This document shows, piece by piece, positions 19,395 to 28,222 of a stretch of 64,000 bases of DNA. The DNA is taken from the sequence record DRR378314_2472; one strand, given 5' to 3'. The notes beneath the pieces were generated by a model, which was not told where the DNA came from, ran no database searches, and worked only from the letters and a program-made list of their open reading frames with translations. Position 1 is the first letter of the stretch. Each line of letters opens with the position of its first letter. Made by a program: the position numbers and the translations under genes.

Positions 19395-22382
19395 ATGACC
19401 GATTCCCTGACCGACCGCGATTATCGCGACACGCTGTTTCTGCCTGCCACCGAGTTTCCGATGCGGGGCGGCCTGCCAAAGCGCGAGCCCGACTGGATCA
19501 AGCGCTGGGATGAGCTGAAGCTGTACGAAAAGCTTCGCGCCGATGCGAAGGCGCGCGGGGCGAAGCCGTGGATCCTGCATGATGGCCCGCCCTATGCGAA
19601 TGGCCACATTCACCTCGGCACGGCGATGAACAAGATCGTCAAGGACATCATCGTGCGCTCGCACCAGATGACTGGTCTTGATGCCTCTTACCTGCCGGGA
19701 TGGGACTGCCACGGCCTGCCGATCGAATGGAAGGTGGAAGAGGAGTTCCGCTCCAAGGGCAAGACCAAGGATGATGTCGCGCCTGGAGACTTCCGCGCCG
19801 CTTGCCGCGCCTATGCCGGCAAATGGGTGGACGTACAGAAGGCAGAGTTCCGCAATCTCGGCATTGAGGGTGAGTGGGACAATCCGTACCTGACGATGAA
19901 ATTCGAAAGCGAAGCCTCCATCGTGGGCGAGTTCCTGCGCATGGCAATGGGCGGCACGCTGGTGCGCGGCGCCAAGCCGATCATGTGGAGCCCGGTGGAA
20001 CGCACGGCGCTGGCGGAAGCGGAAGTGGAATACCACGACCGCAAGGTGCCGGTGATCTGGGTGAAGTTTGGCATTCCGTCGCGTGGTGATGGTGCAGAGC
20101 TGGTCATCTGGACCACGACACCGTGGACGATCCCAGCCAATCAGGCCGTATCCTACAGCACCGACATTTCTTACGGGCTCTACGAAGTCGAGACCGTGAT
20201 GAGCGAGGAAGATCTTGGCTTTCCTCCGTACGCCGCGACGGGCGACAAGCTGATCCTTGCGGACAAGCTGGCAAAAGATGTCCTCGACGCCGCCAAGGTG
20301 ACTGGCTTCAAACGTGTTGAAGACGTGGACCCGGCGACGCTCGGCTCGTTGGCGCATCCGCTGGCTGGTGTGGACGCGTTCTTCCAACATGAGGTGCCAT
20401 TGCTCGCGGGCGATCATGTTACAGATGATGCCGGTACGGGCTTTGTGCATACGGCGCCGGCGCATGGTGAGGATGACTTCAATGTCTGGATCGCGTCCGG
20501 GCGCAAGGCGTCTGACATTCGCGACATAGTGAACCCGGATGGAGCCTATCAGCATCCGGAGCTTCCGGCCGCGCTGCAGGGGCTCGACATCATCCGCACG
20601 TCCGGCAAGAAGCGGGGAGAGCAGGGCAAGGCGAACCCGGAAGTCATCAAGCTGTTGGCAGGGAGTGGAACCCTGCTCGCGCGTGGCGTGACGACGATCC
20701 GCGATGCGCATTCCTGGCGCTCCAAGGCGCCGGTCATCCGCCGGGCGACGCCGCAATGGTTCATCTCGATGGACAAGCCCGGCCCGAACGGCAAGACGCT
20801 GCGCGAGAATGCGCTGAAAGCCATTGAAGACACCGAATTCTTCCCCGCCGTTGGCCGTAACCGCCTGCAGGCAATGGTGGAAGGACGCCCGGACTGGCTG
20901 ATCAGCCGTCAGCGCAATTGGGGTGTTCCGATCACGATTTTCGTCAACAAGGATGGCCAGCCGCACACGGCCGCGCTGGCTGCCGAACAGGCTGAGCAAC
21001 TGAACGAAGCGATCAAAGCGGCGATCGCACAGGGCGGCGTCGAAGCCTGGTTCGATACGCCTGCGGAAGACTTCCTGTCGCCCCTCGGTCTGGATGCGGG
21101 CGACTGGGACAAGGTGACGGACGTTCTGGACGTCTGGTTCGACTCCGGCACGACGCATGCCTTTGCCCTGCGCGAGCGCGGTATCATCGACCCGGAGACC
21201 GGGCAGGCGGATCTCTATATGGAAGGCTCTGACCAGCATCGCGGCTGGTTCCAGTCGTCCCTGCTGGAGAGCTGTGCAACACGCGGTATTGCGCCGTACA
21301 AGCAGGTGCTGACGCACGGCTTTATCGTGGATGCCGAAGGCAAGAAAATGTCGAAATCCATCGGTAACACGATCGAGCCGCAGGAAATCCAGAAACAGTA
21401 CGGCATCGAAATCCTCCGTATCTGGACGGCCTCGGGCGACTATACTGAAGACCTGCGAATCTCTGACGAGATCATCAAGGGATCGGTCGAAACTTATCGC
21501 AAGCTGCGCAATACGGTGCGTTACCTGCTGGGCGCGCTGGATGGGTGGAGCGAGGCCGAAGCCCTGCCGCGCGACGAGATGCCGAGCCTTGAGCGCTGGG
21601 TGCTTCACCGCCTTGCCGAACTCGATGGCCAGATCCGTGCGGCTTATAACGTCTATGACTTCAAACGTGTCATGGCGCTGTTGATCAATTTCTGCGGCGT
21701 CGATCTGTCTGCGGTCTATTTCGATATCCGCAAGGATAGCCTGTACTGCGACCCCCGCTTCGATACGCAATCAGCGTGGGACAAGGACACGGCTGTCTTT
21801 GGCAATCGCCGCCGCGCCGCACGCACAGTCATGGCGGCTGTGCTGGAACGCCTGCTGACATGGCTGGCTCCGGTCATGCCGTTCACGATGGAAGAGGCGT
21901 TTCTTGAAAGCCATCTGAAGGACCGGGCTGAATCTGTGCATCTGCTGCAATTCGCAGAAACGCCGGAAGGCTGGAAGGATGACGTGCTGGCCGCGCGCTG
22001 GGCAAAGATCTTCACCGTCCGCCGCGTCGTGACCGGTGCGCTGGAAGTGGAGCGCCGCGAGAAGCGGATTGGTGCGTCTCTGGAAGCTGCGCCGAAAGTG
22101 CATATCGCGGACCAGGCTCTGATTGATGCCTTCAAGGGTGAGAGCGCCGCCGACATCTTCATCACGTCCGGCGCAGAGCTGATCCACACGTCCAGCGGCA
22201 ATGGCGGCGGGTTCACGCTCGACGATACTGACGGCGTGGTCGTGTATCCGGAAAAGGCGGATGGCATCAAATGTCGCCGTAGCTGGAAGTATTTCGACCC
22301 CTCCACGGCTGACCCGGCCTTCCCGGACATTACGCCGCGTGACGCGCTGACCGTAAAGGCCTGGGACAAGGTTCACGGATGA
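19395..22382 (+). CDS. ileS: Isoleucine--tRNA ligase
   Basis: HDGPPYANGHIHLG, GWDCHGLPIE, WTTTPWT, EGSDQHRGWF and KMSKS. Start taken at ATG 19395 (MTDS); the ORF track starts at GTG 19341. Confidence 0.97.
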   Translation: MTDSLTDRDYRDTLFLPATEFPMRGGLPKREPDWIKRWDELKLYEKLRADAKARGAKPWILHDGPPYANGHIHLGTAMNKIVKDIIVRSHQMTGLDASYLPGWDCHGLPIEWKVEEEFRSKGKTKDDVAPGDFRAACRAYAGKWVDVQKAEFRNLGIEGEWDNPYLTMKFESEASIVGEFLRMAMGGTLVRGAKPIMWSPVERTALAEAEVEYHDRKVPVIWVKFGIPSRGDGAELVIWTTTPWTIPANQAVSYSTDISYGLYEVETVMSEEDLGFPPYAATGDKLILADKLAKDVLDAAKVTGFKRVEDVDPATLGSLAHPLAGVDAFFQHEVPLLAGDHVTDDAGTGFVHTAPAHGEDDFNVWIASGRKASDIRDIVNPDGAYQHPELPAALQGLDIIRTSGKKRGEQGKANPEVIKLLAGSGTLLARGVTTIRDAHSWRSKAPVIRRATPQWFISMDKPGPNGKTLRENALKAIEDTEFFPAVGRNRLQAMVEGRPDWLISRQRNWGVPITIFVNKDGQPHTAALAAEQAEQLNEAIKAAIAQGGVEAWFDTPAEDFLSPLGLDAGDWDKVTDVLDVWFDSGTTHAFALRERGIIDPETGQADLYMEGSDQHRGWFQSSLLESCATRGIAPYKQVLTHGFIVDAEGKKMSKSIGNTIEPQEIQKQYGIEILRIWTASGDYTEDLRISDEIIKGSVETYRKLRNTVRYLLGALDGWSEAEALPRDEMPSLERWVLHRLAELDGQIRAAYNVYDFKRVMALLINFCGVDLSAVYFDIRKDSLYCDPRFDTQSAWDKDTAVFGNRRRAARTVMAAVLERLLTWLAPVMPFTMEEAFLESHLKDRAESVHLLQFAETPEGWKDDVLAARWAKIFTVRRVVTGALEVERREKRIGASLEAAPKVHIADQALIDAFKGESAADIFITSGAELIHTSSGNGGGFTLDDTDGVVVYPEKADGIKCRRSWKYFDPSTADPAFPDITPRDALTVKAWDKVHG

Positions 22383-22431
22383 GTGCGGGGAATCGCTTGA
22401 TTGGCAGGGCTGAAGCTGCAATCTGCTCGGC

Positions 22432-22959
22432 ATGAAACTGAAACTTGCCAATCTCTGGGCCCCGGCGCTCATTCCAGTGTTCCTGCTGGCGGACCAATGG
22501 TCCAAATGGCTGATTCTGAAGGACCCCCGGTTCAACGCCCTGGCTTGCCTGGATAACCCCTATCAGTGTGGGCATGTCCCGCTGCCGGGGCCGATTGACC
22601 TGACCATGTTGTGGAACCGCGGCATGAGTTACGGCATGTTCCAGTCTGAAGGCATTGGCCGCTGGTTGCTTGCCCTGGTGATGCTGGTAATCGCGCTCGG
22701 CTTTCTGTACTGGCTGGTGCGCCACGCCAGCAACTGGCTGTTGAAGCTGTCGCTGGCGATGGTCGTCGGCGGGGCCTTTGGAAATCTCATCGACCGGGTT
22801 CGGTTCGGGGCCGTGGTAGACTTCATCAACGCCAGCGACCTATACTTTCCGTGGGTCTTCAATGTGGCTGACGCTGCAATTAGTGTTGGCGCGGTCTTGC
22901 TGTTTGTCGACCAGTTCTTACTGTCGGGCCGGAAACAGGCTAAGACACAGTCTGAGTAG
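22432..22959 (+). CDS. lspA: Lipoprotein signal peptidase II
   Basis: DQWSK, WNRGMSYG, GGAFGNLIDR, VVDFI and FNVAD. Confidence 0.96.
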   Translation: MKLKLANLWAPALIPVFLLADQWSKWLILKDPRFNALACLDNPYQCGHVPLPGPIDLTMLWNRGMSYGMFQSEGIGRWLLALVMLVIALGFLYWLVRHASNWLLKLSLAMVVGGAFGNLIDRVRFGAVVDFINASDLYFPWVFNVADAAISVGAVLLFVDQFLLSGRKQAKTQSE

Positions 22960-22988
22960 TTTAATCGTGATGGCGAGGACGCCCTGAT

Positions 22989-23480
22989 ATGAAAAAACAG
23001 TTGTTCCTGATGGCGGCCGGTGCCGCATTGGTTGCGTCAACGGCCTGTACATCTTCTGGCGGTGGCCAGCGTACGCCGGACGAGTTCCGCGTTGTCACCA
23101 TGTCTCCGCTGACCGTTCCGCCGAACTACAAGCTGCGTCCGCCTTCTGCAGGTGGTGCCCTGCCACCTGAACTGGATGGCTCACGCACGGAAACCACGGC
23201 GGCATTTGGCGCGACGATCGGCCGGAATGCCAGCGCGTCTGAAAAGGCTCTCGTGGCTGCAGCGGGCGCGAACGCGGTTGATCCGATCATTCGCACCCAG
23301 GTCGACTATGAAGAGACCAAGACGATCCGCAAATCGACCAGCATTGCGGACCGGATCTTGTTCTGGCGCAGCGATGACGAGGCGGCAGAAGAGATCGCGC
23401 TGGACAATGCGACCGGCGGGAACCCCGTCGTGATTGAGCGCTCCAGCGAAGGCCCACGCATCAAGCTGCCGGGAACCTGA
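22989..23480 (+). CDS. DUF3035 family lipoprotein
   Basis: Lipobox STAC; PDEFRVV...PLTVPPNY.LRPP. Confidence 0.85.
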   Translation: MKKQLFLMAAGAALVASTACTSSGGGQRTPDEFRVVTMSPLTVPPNYKLRPPSAGGALPPELDGSRTETTAAFGATIGRNASASEKALVAAAGANAVDPIIRTQVDYEETKTIRKSTSIADRILFWRSDDEAAEEIALDNATGGNPVVIERSSEGPRIKLPGT

Positions 23481-23528
23481 TAAAATCAGAACCATGCGTC
23501 TGAAGAAAACCTGAGAGGAAACAAGCCC

Positions 23529-24884
23529 ATGAAACGGATACTCATCGGGGGGCTTGTCGCGCTCTCGGTTTTCGCCTCCAGCGCCGTTGCGGAAGAAAGC
23601 ACCTGGTCACCCAGCGTGTTCAGCCTCGACAATGGGATGGAAGTCGTCGTTGTGCCGGACCACCGCGCACCGGTCGTGACGCATATGGTCTGGTACAAGG
23701 TTGGCGCCGTGGACGAGGCCGAAGGCAAGTCAGGCATCGCTCACCTCTTCGAACACGTCATGTTCAAGGAAACCGACGACCTTGCGCCGGGTGAGTTCGA
23801 CGATATCGTCTCTCGCAATGGTGGCGTCAGTAATGCGTTCACCAGCTGGGACTACACGGCCTATTTCGAGCGCGTCGCGAAGCAGCACCTCGGCACGATG
23901 ATGGCACTCGAAGCCGAGCGCATGACCGATCTGATCATCAATGACGATCCGAACGGTCCGTTCATTTCCGAGCGCGATGTGGTGAAGGAAGAGCGTCGCC
24001 AGCGGATCGACAACAATCCCGGCGTCATCCTGCAGGAAATGGTCCTGTCGGAACTCTGGAAGGGCCATCCATACGAGATCACGGTCATCGGCAAGATGGA
24101 CGAAGTCGCGGCGCTGACCCCGGAAGACGGGATGAGCTTCTACAAGGAGTATTACAGCCCCGAGAATGCGATCCTGGTGGTGGCCGGTGATGTGACACCT
24201 GACGAAGTTCGGGCGCTGGCCGAAGAGCATTATGGCGCGATTGAGCCGACTGGAACGGCACACGGTGAACGCAAATGGGCACCGGTTCCGCCGCTGAGCG
24301 AGACGAAGGAACTGGTCTATTCCGATCCGAAAGTGCGCCAGCCGAGTTGGAGTCGCTATTATTCCGGCACGTCTGAAACGCGTGATCGAGACCTGTCCTA
24401 TGCGTTGGATGTCGGCCTGGAAGTGCTGGGCGGCGGCATGACAAGCCGTCTCTACCAGTCGCTTGTGGAAGGCCAACAGGTCGCGATCAACGCCAACACT
24501 TTCGCCTGGACCACGCTGCATGATGAAGGCCCTGCCGTGATCATGGCGAGCCCGGCACCGGGCGTGTCACTGGAGGATCTCGAAGCCGCTGTGATGGCAG
24601 AGGTTGAGAAGGTTCTGGCCGAAGGCTTCACGGACGCTGAAGTCGAGCGGGCTCGTAACAAGCTGGCGGCTCAGGCCATCTACGCCCGAGACAGCCAATC
24701 CAACATGGCGAATACATTTGGATCAACACTGGCGCTCGGCGGTTCAATTGATGACGTTCTGAACTATCCGGATGCCATGCGGGCCATTACCACGGAGCAG
24801 GCAATCGCCGCCGTCCGCGAAGTGTTTGGCGCGGATCGCCACTACATCGAAGCACACCTGCTGCCAGCAGAGGGAGAATTCTGA
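23529..24884 (+). CDS. M16 family zinc peptidase, catalytic subunit
   Basis: GIAHLFEH (HxxEH), NAFTSWDYTAY and EERRQR; signal peptide. Confidence 0.93.
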   Translation: MKRILIGGLVALSVFASSAVAEESTWSPSVFSLDNGMEVVVVPDHRAPVVTHMVWYKVGAVDEAEGKSGIAHLFEHVMFKETDDLAPGEFDDIVSRNGGVSNAFTSWDYTAYFERVAKQHLGTMMALEAERMTDLIINDDPNGPFISERDVVKEERRQRIDNNPGVILQEMVLSELWKGHPYEITVIGKMDEVAALTPEDGMSFYKEYYSPENAILVVAGDVTPDEVRALAEEHYGAIEPTGTAHGERKWAPVPPLSETKELVYSDPKVRQPSWSRYYSGTSETRDRDLSYALDVGLEVLGGGMTSRLYQSLVEGQQVAINANTFAWTTLHDEGPAVIMASPAPGVSLEDLEAAVMAEVEKVLAEGFTDAEVERARNKLAAQAIYARDSQSNMANTFGSTLALGGSIDDVLNYPDAMRAITTEQAIAAVREVFGADRHYIEAHLLPAEGEF

Positions 24885-24885
24885 G

Positions 24886-26298
24886 ATGAAACCTTTTGAC
24901 CTCATCATCGGTGCTGCCCTCGGACTGGGGGTTGCAGCATGTGCGTCAGTCGAGCCGGCGCAAACGGACGCAGAAATTACGGCGGTTGCGTCGCCTGTCG
25001 AGGCGAGTGGGGATAACGCTGTCCTGGATGTCGTCGTTCATGAAGGCGATTTTGCCGAGATCCAGCAATTCACGACGCCAGGCGGTGTGTCGGTCTGGTT
25101 GGTGTCTGAACCGTCCATTCCGATCCTGTCGGTTGCGATGGCCTGGGAGGGTGGCGAAGCGGCAGACCCGGACGGCCTCGAAGGGCTGGCGGATGCCGTG
25201 GCCTATCACATGAACGAAGGCGCGGGTGATCTCGATTCGCTCGCGTTCCAGACGCGGATGGAAGAGCTCAATATGAGCTTCGGGTGCAGCGCGTCCAATG
25301 AGTGGACATCCTGTTCCGCATCCATGCTGACGGATAATGCCACGGATGCGATGGACCTGGTGGCGATGGCGTTTGAAGCGCCCCGGTTCGATGAAGGCCC
25401 ATTTGCCAGGTTCGTGCGTGAGCAGGAAGTTTCGCTGAATACGCGCGAAACCAATGCGCGTTATCTCGCGGGCCGGGCAGAGGCTGCAGCGCTTTACCCG
25501 GAGCATCCTTATGCGCGAGAAATTTCCGCCGAAAGCGTTGCTGCGCTGACGCCTGAACTCGCAAAGGCGCATATGCGCAAGCTGATGGTGAAGGATCGGC
25601 TTATCGTGACGGCAGTTGGCGCTGTCACGCCGGAAGAGTTGGCACCGATGATTGATGCGGTCGCAGCGCCCCTGCCTGAAAGCAGCGACCTGCCGAAAAC
25701 GCCGAAGATCGCGTTCACGGCTGAGGACAAATTCGACACGATTGTCATTGACCTGCCCCAGCCTCAGAGCCTTGTGCGTTTTCTGGCGCCGGGTCTGGAG
25801 CGGGAGCATCCGGACTTCTTTACGGCCTATGTGCTGAACTACACCTATGGTGGCGGTGGATTTGGCAGTCGCCTGATGGAATCGCTTCGTGTCCAGAAGG
25901 GGCTAACTTATGGCGTCTATACCGGCCTGTCGTATGATGAGAAGTATCAGAACTGGGGCGGTGGCGGTCAAACGCGGAACGAAAGCGTTGGGGAGTTTGT
26001 TGCGGCGCTGAAAGAAGAGACCGCCTTGATCGCAGAGCAAGGCGTTACCGCTGAAGAACTGGCAGATGCCAAGGCGTATCTCACCGGGTCTTATCCGCTG
26101 GCGTTTGATTCCAACGCCAAGATTGCGGGCCAGATGATGGGCGTGCGTCAGGATGATCTGGGTGTGGACTATTTCGACCGTCGCAATGCGTTGATCGAGG
26201 CAGTGACACTGGAAGACGTAAATCGCGTCGCCGCTGAATATCTGCAGCCAGATCGGCTCAGCTTCATTGTCGTGGGGCAGCCCGAAGGGCTGGAATAG
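24886..26298 (+). CDS. M16 family peptidase, non-catalytic partner subunit (lipoprotein)
   Basis: Lipobox VAAC; no HxxEH; GGGGFGSRL..LRVQKGLTY (R/Y pair); ATG 1 nt after the upstream stop. Confidence 0.9.
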   Translation: MKPFDLIIGAALGLGVAACASVEPAQTDAEITAVASPVEASGDNAVLDVVVHEGDFAEIQQFTTPGGVSVWLVSEPSIPILSVAMAWEGGEAADPDGLEGLADAVAYHMNEGAGDLDSLAFQTRMEELNMSFGCSASNEWTSCSASMLTDNATDAMDLVAMAFEAPRFDEGPFARFVREQEVSLNTRETNARYLAGRAEAAALYPEHPYAREISAESVAALTPELAKAHMRKLMVKDRLIVTAVGAVTPEELAPMIDAVAAPLPESSDLPKTPKIAFTAEDKFDTIVIDLPQPQSLVRFLAPGLEREHPDFFTAYVLNYTYGGGGFGSRLMESLRVQKGLTYGVYTGLSYDEKYQNWGGGGQTRNESVGEFVAALKEETALIAEQGVTAEELADAKAYLTGSYPLAFDSNAKIAGQMMGVRQDDLGVDYFDRRNALIEAVTLEDVNRVAAEYLQPDRLSFIVVGQPEGLE

Positions 26299-26310
26299 CG
26301 ATAGCCCGGC

Positions 26311-27261
26311 CTAGTCCGCAGTCTTTCGGGGTGCGGACAGGCCGGTCGTTGCCGCATCAAACACGCTCTCCCGATTGTATCGATAGAGCTCCGCCGGTCG
26401 GCCGCCGGTGCTGGTTTCCATTGCGCCGGTTCCGATAACAAAGCCGGTCTTGTCCAGAGCGCGCCGGAAATTCTGTGTGTGCAGGGACAGGCCCAGAATC
26501 CCCTCAACGGCGCGCTGAAGTGACGACAGAGTGAATTTGTCTGGCATCAGTTCGAAAACGACTGGCCGGTATTTGATCTTGCCGCGCAAACGGGAAATTG
26601 CCGTGGCCAGAATACGCCGGTGATCCGAGGCCATTGGCTCGCCGAGGCGGACATCCGGTTCTGGCAGGCCAGCATCGCGCGCGCATTCGATGACAAGCCC
26701 GGCCTCATACAGCAATTCGTAACGATCCAGAACGCGCTCCTCAATCCACCGGATTCCATCCAGAGCGAAAGCAGCGCGGGCACGTTCCAACCGACGTTCA
26801 TTCCCGGCGGCCCACGTCATCAGGCGGGGCGCAATGTGTGCATCGATCAGGGCTGGACGGCCACTGCGATGATCTTCCCACGGAAAATATCGATACCAGG
26901 AGTGCCACCGCGCCTCGAACGAATCATCCGCTGGGCGGGGCTCTGGGGTCAGGGCGAGGTAGCCGACCGAAATGACGCGCGCATTCGGGGCTGAATCTGC
27001 CAGAGTGGCTTCGGGGGTTTCGCGATCCTTGTCCCCAAACGTGTAGAGTTGCTCGACATAGCCGAGTTCAAAGCCGGTTTGCTCACGCACCCAGCCCCGC
27101 AATGACAGGTCAAACGTGCGATGGCGGTCCGGGTCAAATGCACCAAAGGGCAGGGCGTCTTCGCCCGTCTCGCGCTGGGTGATCAATACGCGGGGTGCGT
27201 CGCCTTCGACAGCAACCATCACGGCGGACAGTCCAATCAGCAAAGGCGATGACAGCGGCAT
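26311..27261 (-). CDS. NUDIX-like / wHTH NAD-metabolism regulator (NadQ/NrtR family)
   Basis: LGYVEQLYTFGD, LDRYELLYEAGL, DHRRILATAISRLRGKIKYRP, NFRR and GGRPAELY. Confidence 0.82.
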   Translation of the reverse strand: MPLSSPLLIGLSAVMVAVEGDAPRVLITQRETGEDALPFGAFDPDRHRTFDLSLRGWVREQTGFELGYVEQLYTFGDKDRETPEATLADSAPNARVISVGYLALTPEPRPADDSFEARWHSWYRYFPWEDHRSGRPALIDAHIAPRLMTWAAGNERRLERARAAFALDGIRWIEERVLDRYELLYEAGLVIECARDAGLPEPDVRLGEPMASDHRRILATAISRLRGKIKYRPVVFELMPDKFTLSSLQRAVEGILGLSLHTQNFRRALDKTGFVIGTGAMETSTGGRPAELYRYNRESVFDAATTGLSAPRKTAD

Positions 27262-27884
27262 CAGGAGGGCTCCAGCAATTTGTTGATCTGTGCGTAGCGC
27301 TTCATGAACGCGGCTTGCGCATCTGGAACCGCTTTCGGAGAAAGTTTCAGCTTGGTTCCTTCAGGCGGCTTTCCAAACAAGCGGTTTGCTTCGTCTTCGG
27401 AGAAACCCGCCAGTTGAATCGCTTCTGCCCAGGCGCAGATGAGGTCGGCTTTCTTGATCAGGCGCTTCAGTTTCTGTGGAGTAACAGGCCGCAGGCCAAA
27501 GCGGATGTGGATCGCTTCCTGCAGGCGGGCCTCGATGGTCTTGTAGCTTTCACCCAGTAGCGCCTTGAAGGGCGATATCATGTCGCCAATCACGTATTCG
27601 GGACTATCATGAAGTAGTGCCGTCAGGCGTTGCTGCGGTGTCAGGTCAGGTTGAAGGCGGCGGCAGATATCTTCAACCAGAACAGAATGTTCGGCCACTG
27701 AGAATGCGTGTTCGCCGCGTGTTTGCCCGTTCCATCGGGCAACCCGGGCAAGGCCGTGGGCAATATCTTCGATTTCCACATCCATTGGGGATGGGTCGGC
27801 CAGGTCAAGCCGTCGACCCGACAACATGCGTTGCCAGACGCGGGGGGCCTTAACAGATTGCTTCACGCGAGAGGTCATCACCAC
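27261..27884 (-). CDS. HD-domain hydrolase (YfbR-like 5'-deoxynucleotidase)
   Basis: DIAHGLARVARWNGQT, SVAEHS and LLHDSPEYVIGD. Confidence 0.88.
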   Translation of the reverse strand: MVMTSRVKQSVKAPRVWQRMLSGRRLDLADPSPMDVEIEDIAHGLARVARWNGQTRGEHAFSVAEHSVLVEDICRRLQPDLTPQQRLTALLHDSPEYVIGDMISPFKALLGESYKTIEARLQEAIHIRFGLRPVTPQKLKRLIKKADLICAWAEAIQLAGFSEDEANRLFGKPPEGTKLKLSPKAVPDAQAAFMKRYAQINKLLEPS

Positions 27885-28056
27885 CTTATTTAAAGCTTTG
27901 GAAACACAGGTAAAGAAACGAGGGCATTCCGGTTACGAACTCGTCCCTTTTTGGCCCCAATCGGCAAATGCGCTGTTAAGGCGTTTGGGGCAAAAGGGTC
28001 TCATGAACAAGGGCCGCGTTCAGAGATTCGCCGCCTTTCCTGCAAGTGAGGTGACC

Positions 28057-28206
28057 ATGCTGGATTCTTTGACGACTGTTGTATCTTCCCAAACCATTGC
28101 GTTCGGGGTCCTGCTGATAGGGTGCAGCATTGTTGTCGTTGAAGCCGTTCGCGCCAGCAAGGAAATACTCTGGGGCGACATGTTCATGGACGATCTGGAC
28201 GATTAG
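28057..28206 (+). CDS. Small single-TM membrane protein (49 aa)
   Basis: RBS GAGGTG; MLDSLTTVVSSQTIAFGVLLIGCSIVVVEAVRASKEILWGDMFMDDLDD fills an otherwise empty gap. Confidence 0.6.
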   Translation: MLDSLTTVVSSQTIAFGVLLIGCSIVVVEAVRASKEILWGDMFMDDLDD

Positions 28207-28222
28207 TCCGGCCGGGCCTGAT

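Noticed and set aside
19206..21770. 854-aa minus-strand ORF
   Set aside because: Antisense shadow of ileS.
22265..22350. IleRS C-terminal zinc finger with only one Cys (KCRRSW...ITPRD)
   Set aside because: To my knowledge this degenerate form is common in alphaproteobacterial IleRS, so it is not evidence of decay or novelty.
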